Shown here one piece after another: positions 45,238-53,533 of a DNA stretch of 64,000 bases. Position 1 is the first letter of the stretch; every line of letters starts with the position of its first letter. The notes beneath the pieces were generated by a model. The model did not search any database and had not been told where the DNA came from. It worked only from the letters and a program-made list of their open reading frames with translations. The position numbers and the translations under genes are program-made. Origin of the DNA: a virus; IMG/VR virus record IMGVR_UViG_3300009514_000004, positions 14,387 through 78,386 of that record; one strand, written 5' to 3'.

Positions 45238-45734
45238 AAAAGGCTGAGCTGCTTGCGGTCGTCGAACCACTTGCGCAGCCCACCGATGCATTGGTTGGCC
45301 GGCTTTCGGGTGGGGGCCCGCACCAGGTCGATGGCCTCCTGGATGCTCGAGACGACCCCGGCGGCCAGGAGCACTGCCGCCGCTGCGGTGGCGCTCCGGG
45401 AGACCCCACGCTTGCAGAAGACCAGGACCGTCCCGCCGTCGGCGATGACCTCGGAGACGGTGGCGACGATCCGGTTGAGGTCGCTGGCGGTCCACGAGTG
45501 GTTGGTCTTGCCAGTCGGGCTCTGGTCGAGGTGCATGTAAGAGCCTCGGGCCACCGGCAGCTCGCCGGTGCAGTTGACCGTCAGGTCGAAGTCGGACCCG
45601 AGGATGGCCGCCGACTTCTGGTCGGCTACCCACAGCTGGTCCGTGATGGCTCGTAGGGTCTCCATGTCACCTAGACTACGAGCAGCGGCAGGAAAATCAG
45701 CAACCTGAACGGCATTCAGGGTAAAACAGGACAT
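45234..45734 (-). CDS. dual-specificity (CX5R) phosphatase
   Basis: VLVFCKRGVSRSA. Confidence 0.85.
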   Translation of the reverse strand: MSCFTLNAVQVADFPAAARSLGDMETLRAITDQLWVADQKSAAILGSDFDLTVNCTGELPVARGSYMHLDQSPTGKTNHSWTASDLNRIVATVSEVIADGGTVLVFCKRGVSRSATAAAAVLLAAGVVSSIQEAIDLVRAPTRKPANQCIGGLRKWFDDRKQLSLF

Positions 45735-46344
45735 GACCTGCTTGCTGTTCTACGGTCCGGGAGCTGAAGCCGAAGCTCTGCGCTACGCTGGTAGCGTGGG
45801 CCGACAGCTCTCCCCGCCGGTGGGGGCGAACGGCCTGAAGGTCTCTGACGCGAGGAGAGTGTCAAACCTCCTCGCGTCTGCTCCTGTTGGCTCCCGAATC
45901 GGGGTCGTTATCGTAGGTCCGATGGACCTGGCCAATTACAAGGCCAGCGATGTACTGCTCAAGTCGGTAGAGGAGTTCGATCCGAAACTGGTGTGCCCGG
46001 TGCTCTGGGCAGAGGATCTGGGAGGCGTTCGGCCGACCATTCGGTCGCGGTGCTTGGCGAGGTGGTCTGGTGGGCAAGAAGAGGAAGACGACATCGAGAC
46101 GGAGGTCTATGACCTCGTCCAAGCAACGGTATCGGGAGAGCTGCACCGCATCTGGTCACTCCTGGACGAGTTCAAGGGGCAAGAGCAAGGCCTTCTCGGG
46201 CAGATCGCTCGAGTCGTGTCCGCCGATCCGACACCCGCCCATCTTCGGGTTTGGGAGGCTATCCGACCTGTGGCCCGGTGGCGTAATCCGACCCGATGGG
46301 AAGTGGCAGCGGCCCTTTACCAGACAGCGGTACCCGCAGGCTGA
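45733..46344 (+). CDS. holB: degenerate clamp-loader delta-prime-like subunit
   Basis: LLFYGP, ASDVLLKSVEE and VRPTIRSRC. Confidence 0.72.
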   Translation: MTCLLFYGPGAEAEALRYAGSVGRQLSPPVGANGLKVSDARRVSNLLASAPVGSRIGVVIVGPMDLANYKASDVLLKSVEEFDPKLVCPVLWAEDLGGVRPTIRSRCLARWSGGQEEEDDIETEVYDLVQATVSGELHRIWSLLDEFKGQEQGLLGQIARVVSADPTPAHLRVWEAIRPVARWRNPTRWEVAAALYQTAVPAG

Positions 46345-46354
46345 CATCGCCTTC

Positions 46355-46765
46355 ATGACCCCCTTCGGTCACCAGTTCACCCTCCACGATGAGATCCTGA
46401 TCGACATCCCGGTCGGGACCAAGGTGGCGACGGCCGACGGTCGGTTCGTCGGTCACCAGTTCACCCAGGTCCAGCACTCGATGAACGGCGCCGAGATACG
46501 AACCATAGCCCAACTCCAAGAGATGCTGAAGGGAGGCTTCCCGAAGGGCAAGGTGGCCGACCTGCGGGGGATCTCGATGGGGATCTCGATGGGGGGCAAG
46601 GTGATGCCCTCCCTATCGGGCGTTTCCGTCGGAGCCTTACCCATACACCCCAGTCTTCGGGACTCCTTGGCTGCTCTGACGTGGGGCCTGAAGGCCAAAG
46701 CCAAAGAGGACGAGTGGGTGTCCGATCCCGAGGAGTGGGACGGGCCCATCCTGCCGGTGGAGTAG
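46355..46765 (+). CDS. hypothetical protein
   Basis: ATG 46355; GC3 bias. Confidence 0.65.
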   Translation: MTPFGHQFTLHDEILIDIPVGTKVATADGRFVGHQFTQVQHSMNGAEIRTIAQLQEMLKGGFPKGKVADLRGISMGISMGGKVMPSLSGVSVGALPIHPSLRDSLAALTWGLKAKAKEDEWVSDPEEWDGPILPVE

Positions 46766-46773
46766 AGTAGGTC

Positions 46774-47061
46774 ATGCAGTGGCCTGACAACGCGCTCCAA
46801 CGGGTCTTGTTGGCTGCCGGCCTCGACCCCGAGGACCCGAGTGTTCAGGAGGTCCTCGTCGAGCAGGAGGGGATCCTCCTCGAGGAGGCCAAGGAGCTTC
46901 ACAAGGGCATGACCCAAAAGCAGCTCCACAGCGCCGTCAGGGCCATCGCACCTGTGGTGTTGCCCCTGCGCGTCGCCGCCCGGCACAAGAAACTGGTCGA
47001 GGAGAGGAAGGCCGCTGCCGAGGAAGAGGCCTGGTCAGGACCTCTCACGGAGGGTGGGTGA
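46774..47061 (+). CDS. hypothetical protein
   Basis: Coupled to the downstream gene. Confidence 0.7.
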   Translation: MQWPDNALQRVLLAAGLDPEDPSVQEVLVEQEGILLEEAKELHKGMTQKQLHSAVRAIAPVVLPLRVAARHKKLVEERKAAAEEEAWSGPLTEGG

Positions 47062-48026
47062 GCAAGGCGATCTCCGTGCTGGCCTTCTCGGGGTCTGATC
47101 ACCTCCGGCGCAAGCGGCTGGTCCGCAAGACCGTGCGTGCCTTCGAGGAGAAAGGGTGGTCGTCGAGCCGGGTTGACGCGACGGCGCCGGGACGGTTCCG
47201 GGCGGTGATGTCCGGGTCGGTATTCCGAGCCGGCAAGCTCGTTGTCGTGATCGACAACCCCAACAAGGTCGACGTGAAGCTGTGGCAGCCCTACGTCGAC
47301 CACCCCGACTCCTCTCTGGTGCTGGTCCTCAACTACGTGGGCAAGGTCCGAGGCAACACCAAGTTCGGCAAGTTCCTCAAGGCCCTCCCCAAGGGTCGGT
47401 GGCGGGAGCACAACATGCCGACGTCGCCTTGGAAGGTCGAGGAGGCCGCTGAAGCCTTCTGCGTACAGGAGGCCAAGAACCACGGGCTCACCCTGGACCC
47501 GAAACTCGCAAAGTCGATCGTCCTGTATTCAGGCACCAACCTCGAGCTTTTGGCACTCGAAGTTCTCAAAGTCGCGACCCTCACATCTCACTTTGGGGAG
47601 GTGCGCATCTCACCTTCCCATATCGGAGGTGGACTTTCGGGTATAGGCGGGTCTCACTTTGGCGCTTTGGTGGACGGACTTTCAGCACGTCACGGTCGAA
47701 AGGTGGCACAGAGTTTGGCCAGGATTCGTGCGGGTTCGAAGTCCGACCCCACGATCCAGGTGGCGCGTTTTCTGTGGGCAACCGTATCTAAGTGGCTCTC
47801 GGTCGCGAATCTTCTGGCCCAGGGGACGCTCGCCGAGGACGTGGCCTCTGAGCTGGACCTGAACGGTTGGTATTGCCAGAGCAAGCTGATGCCGCCGGCG
47901 AAGCGGTGGGGACAGCAGGATCTGATTGCCTTGTTGAGCGCCCTGTCAGAGGGTGAGCGGGGGGTGCTCCGAGGAGCGGCAGACCCCTGGATCTACTTGT
48001 CCTGCCGGGTTTTGAAGGTGATCTGA
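47058..48026 (+). CDS. holA: clamp-loader delta-like subunit
   Basis: G.D.LR..., S.F...KLVVI, G.NL..L..EV.K and HolA-like C-terminal collar. Confidence 0.72.
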   Translation: MSKAISVLAFSGSDHLRRKRLVRKTVRAFEEKGWSSSRVDATAPGRFRAVMSGSVFRAGKLVVVIDNPNKVDVKLWQPYVDHPDSSLVLVLNYVGKVRGNTKFGKFLKALPKGRWREHNMPTSPWKVEEAAEAFCVQEAKNHGLTLDPKLAKSIVLYSGTNLELLALEVLKVATLTSHFGEVRISPSHIGGGLSGIGGSHFGALVDGLSARHGRKVAQSLARIRAGSKSDPTIQVARFLWATVSKWLSVANLLAQGTLAEDVASELDLNGWYCQSKLMPPAKRWGQQDLIALLSALSEGERGVLRGAADPWIYLSCRVLKVI

Positions 48027-48219
48027 AAACGTCGGGGTGGATCGGGTCGGAGGTCGGTACGGTAGCCCTTCGATAGGGCTTCTGTAAGAGGAGCACATCT
48101 CCGACATAGACGACCTCGTGACGGCACGAGGAGCTACGCCTGCGCGGCCCCAAAGGTGGATGCGCAGAGCATCAGCTCGCACGCAACCTTCGGCCCGGGA
48201 CCCATTCCAAGGTGCAGGG

Positions 48220-51200
48220 ATGATTTTTGGTGATATTCGACCCGGCCGGAAGACTCGCGTCTTCCGCCTGAGCCCCTCTTTCGTCGACCAGTACCGCGGG
48301 AAGCAGCCGAAATGGGGGCCGGTCGGATACTTCACTTACAAACGGACCTACGCTCGGGACGTGCCCGGCGAGAACCGGACCGAGGAGTTCTGGGAGACCT
48401 GCAAGCGGGTCGTCGAGGGCACCTTCAACATCCAGAAGATTCACTGCCGCAACCTGAGCACGCCCTGGGACGAGCCCAAGGCGCAGAAGTCCGCCCAGGA
48501 CATGTTCGAGAGGATGTGGGCGTTCAAGTTCACGCCGCCAGGGCGTGGGCTTTGGATGATGGGCACGCCGCTGGTCTATGAGAAGGGCAGCGCCGCGTTG
48601 AACAACTGTTTCGCTGGGGACACGGAGGTCATCACCCGGTACGGGGTGCGGACGCTCAAAGAGCTGGCGGCGGACGACGGGGATCCCATCCTCCTTACGA
48701 CGGGCGGCAAGTGGGTCGAAGCCCCTGTGCGATCGTTCGGTAAGCAGAAGCTGTTCAAGCTGTGGCTGACCCGGCAGGGGGTCGACAAGGTCATCTACTG
48801 CACCGGAGACCATCGTTGGTTCACCGACCGTGAGGTGTTCTCGTTCGGGGAGAAGATAGAGATCGATGGGGTCGAAGCAATCGAGACCACGACCCGGAAA
48901 ATAGGTCGTGGTGCTCGTCTTTTGAGCGTGAGTCCTTTTGAAGGGGTTGGGGGGAGCCACTGGACGGTCAAGCAGGTCGAGGAGACCGACCGGGTCGAAG
49001 AGGTCTATTGCGCAACGGTCGAAGGTTACGGGGCGTTCGCCCTGGAAGGGAACATCCTCACCGGCAACTGCGCATTCACGAGCACGGAGAACATCGACCT
49101 CGATTTCGCCGAGCCGTTCTGCTTCCTCATGGACATGTCCATGCTGGGTGTGGGCGTCGGGGGCGACTGTCGAGGTGTCGGCAAGGTTCGACTCCGGGTC
49201 CCTCGGATGGGCAAGAAGGCCTTCATGGTGGCCGACAGCCGCGAGGGGTGGGTCGACCTGGTTCGGCAGATCCTCAATTCGTTCGTCGGCAAGGGCGTGT
49301 ACCCGCGAACCGTCGACTACAAGAAGGTCCGTCCTCGAGGAGCCCCGATCAAAGGCTTCGGCGGCACGGCTTCGGGCCCTGAGCCCCTCAAGGAGATGGT
49401 CGAGTGCTTGACCAAGCTCCTGCTCCCGGACGGGGCGACGTACACGGTGACCCACAAGGGTCAAAAGGTGGTGACGGAGTTCACCAAGACCCAAAAGACG
49501 ATCAAGCCGGTGCCGATCACCTCTCCCCAGATCGTCGACGTCTTCAACTACATCGGCAAGTGCGTCGTCGCCGGTGGGGTTCGCCGGACCGCCGAAATCA
49601 TGTTCGGCGAGCCAGACGACGACGATTTCCGGACCCTCAAGCAAGACCAGGAGGCGCTCAACGACCGGCGCTGGGCGTCGAACAACTCCATCCTGGGCCA
49701 GGTGGGGATGGACTACTCCCAGATCGCCGAGTCGATCGCCGTCAACGGCGAGCCGGGCATCATCTGGTTGGACAACATGCGGGCATTCTCTCGTATGGAC
49801 GGCCAGAAGACCCACAAAGACCGCCGGGTGATGGGGTCGAACCCTTGTAGTGAGCAAAGCCTTGAGGACCAGGAGCTGTGCTGTGTTTCCGGGGACATGC
49901 GCATCACCACCAAGACGGCTGCTCCTCGGATTTCGGATGTTGTCGGGCAAGAGGTTGAGGTGTGGAATGGGGAGGCGTGGTCGAAGGTCACGCCTTTTAT
50001 TGCAGGACAGGACAAGAAGCTCTATCGAGTCCATTTGAGTGATGGGTCCCATCTCGACTGCACCGACGACCACAAGTGGGAGGTTCTCCCTCCGGGTAAG
50101 CGGAAGTTCCGCCAGGTTGAGACTAGAGACCTCGTGCTTGGATCGAAGGCGGTCGAGTTCAACATCAACCTGCCCTGCGGAGGTTCCGAGCTACCTTTCG
50201 CCTATGAGTGGGGCTTCTTCACGGGCGATGGGTGGGTCGATAACGATCGGGTGATGGCGGCCCTTCACGGGCCTGACAGGAAGCTCGAAGGGGTCCTTCG
50301 AGCGGCAGTGAGAAAGGAACAACATCCCGAGGGATACGCTGAATCTTTCGTTCGCATCGATTTCACAGGTTTCTTCAGGGAGGCTTTCCCTGCCGACTAT
50401 CTCGACCGAGCCCGGGCGTTGAATGACAAGACTTCTGGGTTGCCCGATTGGGTGTTTAGTATGGACCGGAAGAGCACCCTTCGGTTCGTGGCTGGGTGGA
50501 TCGAAGCGGACGGCAACGTCTGTCGCCAGGTCAACACGGATAACTATCGCGTGTTCGGTACCGAGACCAAGATGCGCGACCTCCAACTGCTTCTCCGCCG
50601 GGTCGGGGTCAACCATGCCTCGATCTACCTCATGGCTGAGGCAGGGGAGGAGTTGGTCATCAACGGAAATCTGACCACACGGAACCATGACCTGTGGGTG
50701 TGTTTGGTTCCGAGCTATGAGTGTGAGGAGATCAGCCGGTACTGCCACCTCAAGGTGGCACGCCGGTTTGGATCCCGTTTCGCCACAAACAATGCTCACC
50801 CCGAGGGTGCCCCCATTGACCGGGCACGCAAACAGAAGATCGTGGACGTCGAGGAGCTTCCCGGGGAGCACACGACTTACTGCTTCACCGAGCCTGAGCG
50901 CCACATGGGGGTGTTCGGCAACGTGCTGACCTATCAGTGCCTGGTCGAAACCTACCCGACGCACCACGACGACCTCGACGACTACAAGGCCACCCTCAAG
51001 ATGGCCTACCTGTACGCCAAGACGGTGACCTTGGTTCCGACCCACCATCCGCGCACCAACGCGGTCATGATGCGGAATCGCCGCATCGGCTGTTCCCAGA
51101 GTGGCATCGTTCAGGCGATGCAGAAGCTCGGCCGCCGGGAGTACCTCCGCTGGTGCGATGAGGGGTACGGGTACATCCGCGACCTCGACCGCATTTACGC

Positions 51201-52989
51201 CGACTGGCTGTGCGTCCCGCGGTCGATCAAGATGACCAGCGTGAAGCCCAGCGGCTGCCGTCCATGGTACGCCCTCACGTCCACGGACAAGGGGCTGCTC
51301 ACTCTGGAGGACCTGTTCGAGCACCACCCGGCCGGCCAGGAGTGGGCCAACATATCGGGGGTCGGGACAGAAGCAGGGCCGAGGGCCCTGCGTTCGGGCC
51401 ACATCAGCAAGACCTACAACAATGGTGTGGCCCCGGTCTTGCGGATCACAACGTCCTACGGCATCGAGGTGGAATCCACGCCCAACCACCAGTGGTGGGT
51501 GGCCCAGCGGTATGGCCGCAACAAGTCGCAGAAGTATCAAGACGTGAACGAGTGGCGTCGGGCCGACGAGATCCGGCCCGGCGACATCCTCGACATCCAG
51601 CCGGGTGTCTACGACACAGAAGGCGGGATCGCACTGGCCCGCCTCAACAGCCTCGCCCTCAACATGCGTGGCGACGCTGTCGAAATCCAGCAGCCGAAGC
51701 GTATGAACCCCCGACTGGCGTGGCTGCTGGGTTACCTATGGGGCGATGGGGCGATGTCCCCGGCGAAGTACCGTCTGCGGTGGGTGGATGCTCGTCGGGA
51801 GAACCTGCAAAAGGCGCAGACAATCCTCAAGGAGCAGTTCGGTCTGGATGCCTCGATCAAGCAGGCGTCGGAGCACCGAAAGGCGGAGACACTGGAAGTC
51901 GGGTCAAAGCACCTGTGGCACTGGCTCATCCGCAACGACGTGTTCAAGCTTTACGCGGACAAGATCGACATCATCCCCAAGGTCGTGCGCGCCTCGGGCC
52001 AGGAGGAGATCCTGGCTTTTCTCGCCGGTCTTCTCGATGCGGATAGGTGGGCAGGTCTGACGGAACAGGGGGCCAAGCTGGTCTGGACGACGGCAGACAA
52101 GTTCTTCGCTCGTCACGTTCAGGACGTTGCTCTTGCGGTGGGGCTGGTGCTGGGTCGCTCTCACATCACCGGAGGGTCGAGCTTCCAAAACAAGCGGTCG
52201 ATGTACCACCTGACGCAGAGCGCCCATGTGGACGAGCGGGGCTTCGAGCTTCTTCGTCGGCATTCGACCAAGGTGGCTGCTGTCGAGTCGCGTCCTGACT
52301 TCACCGGCTGGCACTGCACCAAGCAGATGTCGAGCGGCAAGCTCATCCTCGGCAAGGTTCTCAAAGTCGAGCCGGTGGGGGAGATGCCCACGTTCGATGT
52401 CGAGGTCTATGGCGAGCACTGGTATTACGCCGGCGCGGTCCGTAGCCACAACACCGTCAGCCTCCTGTGCGGGGCGACGCCGGGGATCCACCACGCGCAC
52501 TCGGAGCACTACATCCGCCACATCCGGGTGGCCAACGTGTCCCCGCTGGTGCAGGCGTGCAAGGACGCCGGTTACGACGTCCACGACGACCCCTACGCAC
52601 GGGACACCTCGGTCGTGGCGTTCCCGGTCAAGGAGAAGGACTTCGACCGGCCCAAGGTCGATGTCTCTATCTGGGAGCAGTTCGCGAATGCTGCCGCGCT
52701 CCAACGCCACTGGGCCGACAACCAGGTCTCTGTCACGGTGACCTTCACCCCCGACGAGGTCGACGAGATCCCGAGGTGTCTGGAGGTCTACGAGGACCAG
52801 CTCAAGTCGGTCTCCCTGCTGCCGCTGACCGAGCACGGCTACAGCTTCCCTCCGTACCAGACCATCACCGCGGCCGAGTACGAGGAGATGGTCTCGAGGG
52901 TGCAGCCGATCGACATGTCCAAGTCGCGCCACGAGGAGGACGACAAGTTCTGCTCGGGCGACAAGTGCCAGGTGAGCTTCGGCAACTAG
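48220..52989 (+). CDS. nrdJ: class II (B12) ribonucleotide reductase with three inteins
   Basis: TYKRTYAR, PPGRGLW, NNC, VVAGGVRR.A, NPCSEQ.L, KPSGTVS; exteins total about 684 aa. Confidence 0.95.
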   Translation: MIFGDIRPGRKTRVFRLSPSFVDQYRGKQPKWGPVGYFTYKRTYARDVPGENRTEEFWETCKRVVEGTFNIQKIHCRNLSTPWDEPKAQKSAQDMFERMWAFKFTPPGRGLWMMGTPLVYEKGSAALNNCFAGDTEVITRYGVRTLKELAADDGDPILLTTGGKWVEAPVRSFGKQKLFKLWLTRQGVDKVIYCTGDHRWFTDREVFSFGEKIEIDGVEAIETTTRKIGRGARLLSVSPFEGVGGSHWTVKQVEETDRVEEVYCATVEGYGAFALEGNILTGNCAFTSTENIDLDFAEPFCFLMDMSMLGVGVGGDCRGVGKVRLRVPRMGKKAFMVADSREGWVDLVRQILNSFVGKGVYPRTVDYKKVRPRGAPIKGFGGTASGPEPLKEMVECLTKLLLPDGATYTVTHKGQKVVTEFTKTQKTIKPVPITSPQIVDVFNYIGKCVVAGGVRRTAEIMFGEPDDDDFRTLKQDQEALNDRRWASNNSILGQVGMDYSQIAESIAVNGEPGIIWLDNMRAFSRMDGQKTHKDRRVMGSNPCSEQSLEDQELCCVSGDMRITTKTAAPRISDVVGQEVEVWNGEAWSKVTPFIAGQDKKLYRVHLSDGSHLDCTDDHKWEVLPPGKRKFRQVETRDLVLGSKAVEFNINLPCGGSELPFAYEWGFFTGDGWVDNDRVMAALHGPDRKLEGVLRAAVRKEQHPEGYAESFVRIDFTGFFREAFPADYLDRARALNDKTSGLPDWVFSMDRKSTLRFVAGWIEADGNVCRQVNTDNYRVFGTETKMRDLQLLLRRVGVNHASIYLMAEAGEELVINGNLTTRNHDLWVCLVPSYECEEISRYCHLKVARRFGSRFATNNAHPEGAPIDRARKQKIVDVEELPGEHTTYCFTEPERHMGVFGNVLTYQCLVETYPTHHDDLDDYKATLKMAYLYAKTVTLVPTHHPRTNAVMMRNRRIGCSQSGIVQAMQKLGRREYLRWCDEGYGYIRDLDRIYADWLCVPRSIKMTSVKPSGCRPWYALTSTDKGLLTLEDLFEHHPAGQEWANISGVGTEAGPRALRSGHISKTYNNGVAPVLRITTSYGIEVESTPNHQWWVAQRYGRNKSQKYQDVNEWRRADEIRPGDILDIQPGVYDTEGGIALARLNSLALNMRGDAVEIQQPKRMNPRLAWLLGYLWGDGAMSPAKYRLRWVDARRENLQKAQTILKEQFGLDASIKQASEHRKAETLEVGSKHLWHWLIRNDVFKLYADKIDIIPKVVRASGQEEILAFLAGLLDADRWAGLTEQGAKLVWTTADKFFARHVQDVALAVGLVLGRSHITGGSSFQNKRSMYHLTQSAHVDERGFELLRRHSTKVAAVESRPDFTGWHCTKQMSSGKLILGKVLKVEPVGEMPTFDVEVYGEHWYYAGAVRSHNTVSLLCGATPGIHHAHSEHYIRHIRVANVSPLVQACKDAGYDVHDDPYARDTSVVAFPVKEKDFDRPKVDVSIWEQFANAAALQRHWADNQVSVTVTFTPDEVDEIPRCLEVYEDQLKSVSLLPLTEHGYSFPPYQTITAAEYEEMVSRVQPIDMSKSRHEEDDKFCSGDKCQVSFGN
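48607..49068 (+). mobile_element. mini-intein 1 (154 aa, no endonuclease), ends Gly-Asn
   Basis: NN|CFAGDTEV ... EGNILTGN|CAF. Confidence 0.92.
49882..50937 (+). mobile_element. intein 2 (352 aa) with LAGLIDADG endonuclease, ends Tyr-Gln
   Basis: ELC|CVSGD ... WGFFTGDG ... VAGWIEADG ... GNVLTYQ|CLVE. Confidence 0.9.
51256..52452 (+). mobile_element. intein 3 (399 aa) with LAGLIDADG endonuclease, ends His-Asn
   Basis: KPSG|CRPWY ... LLGYLWGDG ... LAGLLDADR ... VRSHN|TVS. Confidence 0.92.
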
Positions 52990-53026
52990 CTCCCCTCAGC
53001 CGCCTTCCGATGGGGTAAAGAGAGGC

Positions 53027-53533
53027 ATGGATGACGCGTTTCATGTCGTGCTTCTCGAGGGGGTCTACGCGACCCAGAACAACGCGCGGGTTGTAGTGGG
53101 GGACTCCTCGACCACTGACGTGGTTGAGGAGTTCCGGCGTCTGACCGGCCGGGAAGTCAAAGTGCTGCTCCAGCACGTTCCTCCGGTGGTGTACTCCGAC
53201 CGATGGGGGGGAGGCTCCTGCTTGTGGGAGGGGTCGGGTAACTGTCCAGCTGGTCACCACCTGAACCCTGGATTCCTCCTCAACGTCGACCTGGATGGGG
53301 TACTAGAGGAAGACGAGGTCTCCGGGACCTGGTCGGTACGCTCCGCCACGGAGTCTCACATCCTCCCCCTCTCGATGCTGGAAGGGCACCATGTCCGTGT
53401 TGTTGTAGTCCCCCTACCTGACCTCGAAGCCATGAAGGCGTCACTCGAAGCTGGTGACCCCACCAAGGCCCTCGAGCTGGGCGCGCAGATAAAGCGGCTC
53501 AGCGAAGTCCTCTCTCAGCTCCGGAATCTCTAG
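53027..53533 (+). CDS. hypothetical protein
   Basis: RBS GAGAGG; coupled to recD2. Confidence 0.7.
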   Translation: MDDAFHVVLLEGVYATQNNARVVVGDSSTTDVVEEFRRLTGREVKVLLQHVPPVVYSDRWGGGSCLWEGSGNCPAGHHLNPGFLLNVDLDGVLEEDEVSGTWSVRSATESHILPLSMLEGHHVRVVVVPLPDLEAMKASLEAGDPTKALELGAQIKRLSEVLSQLRNL

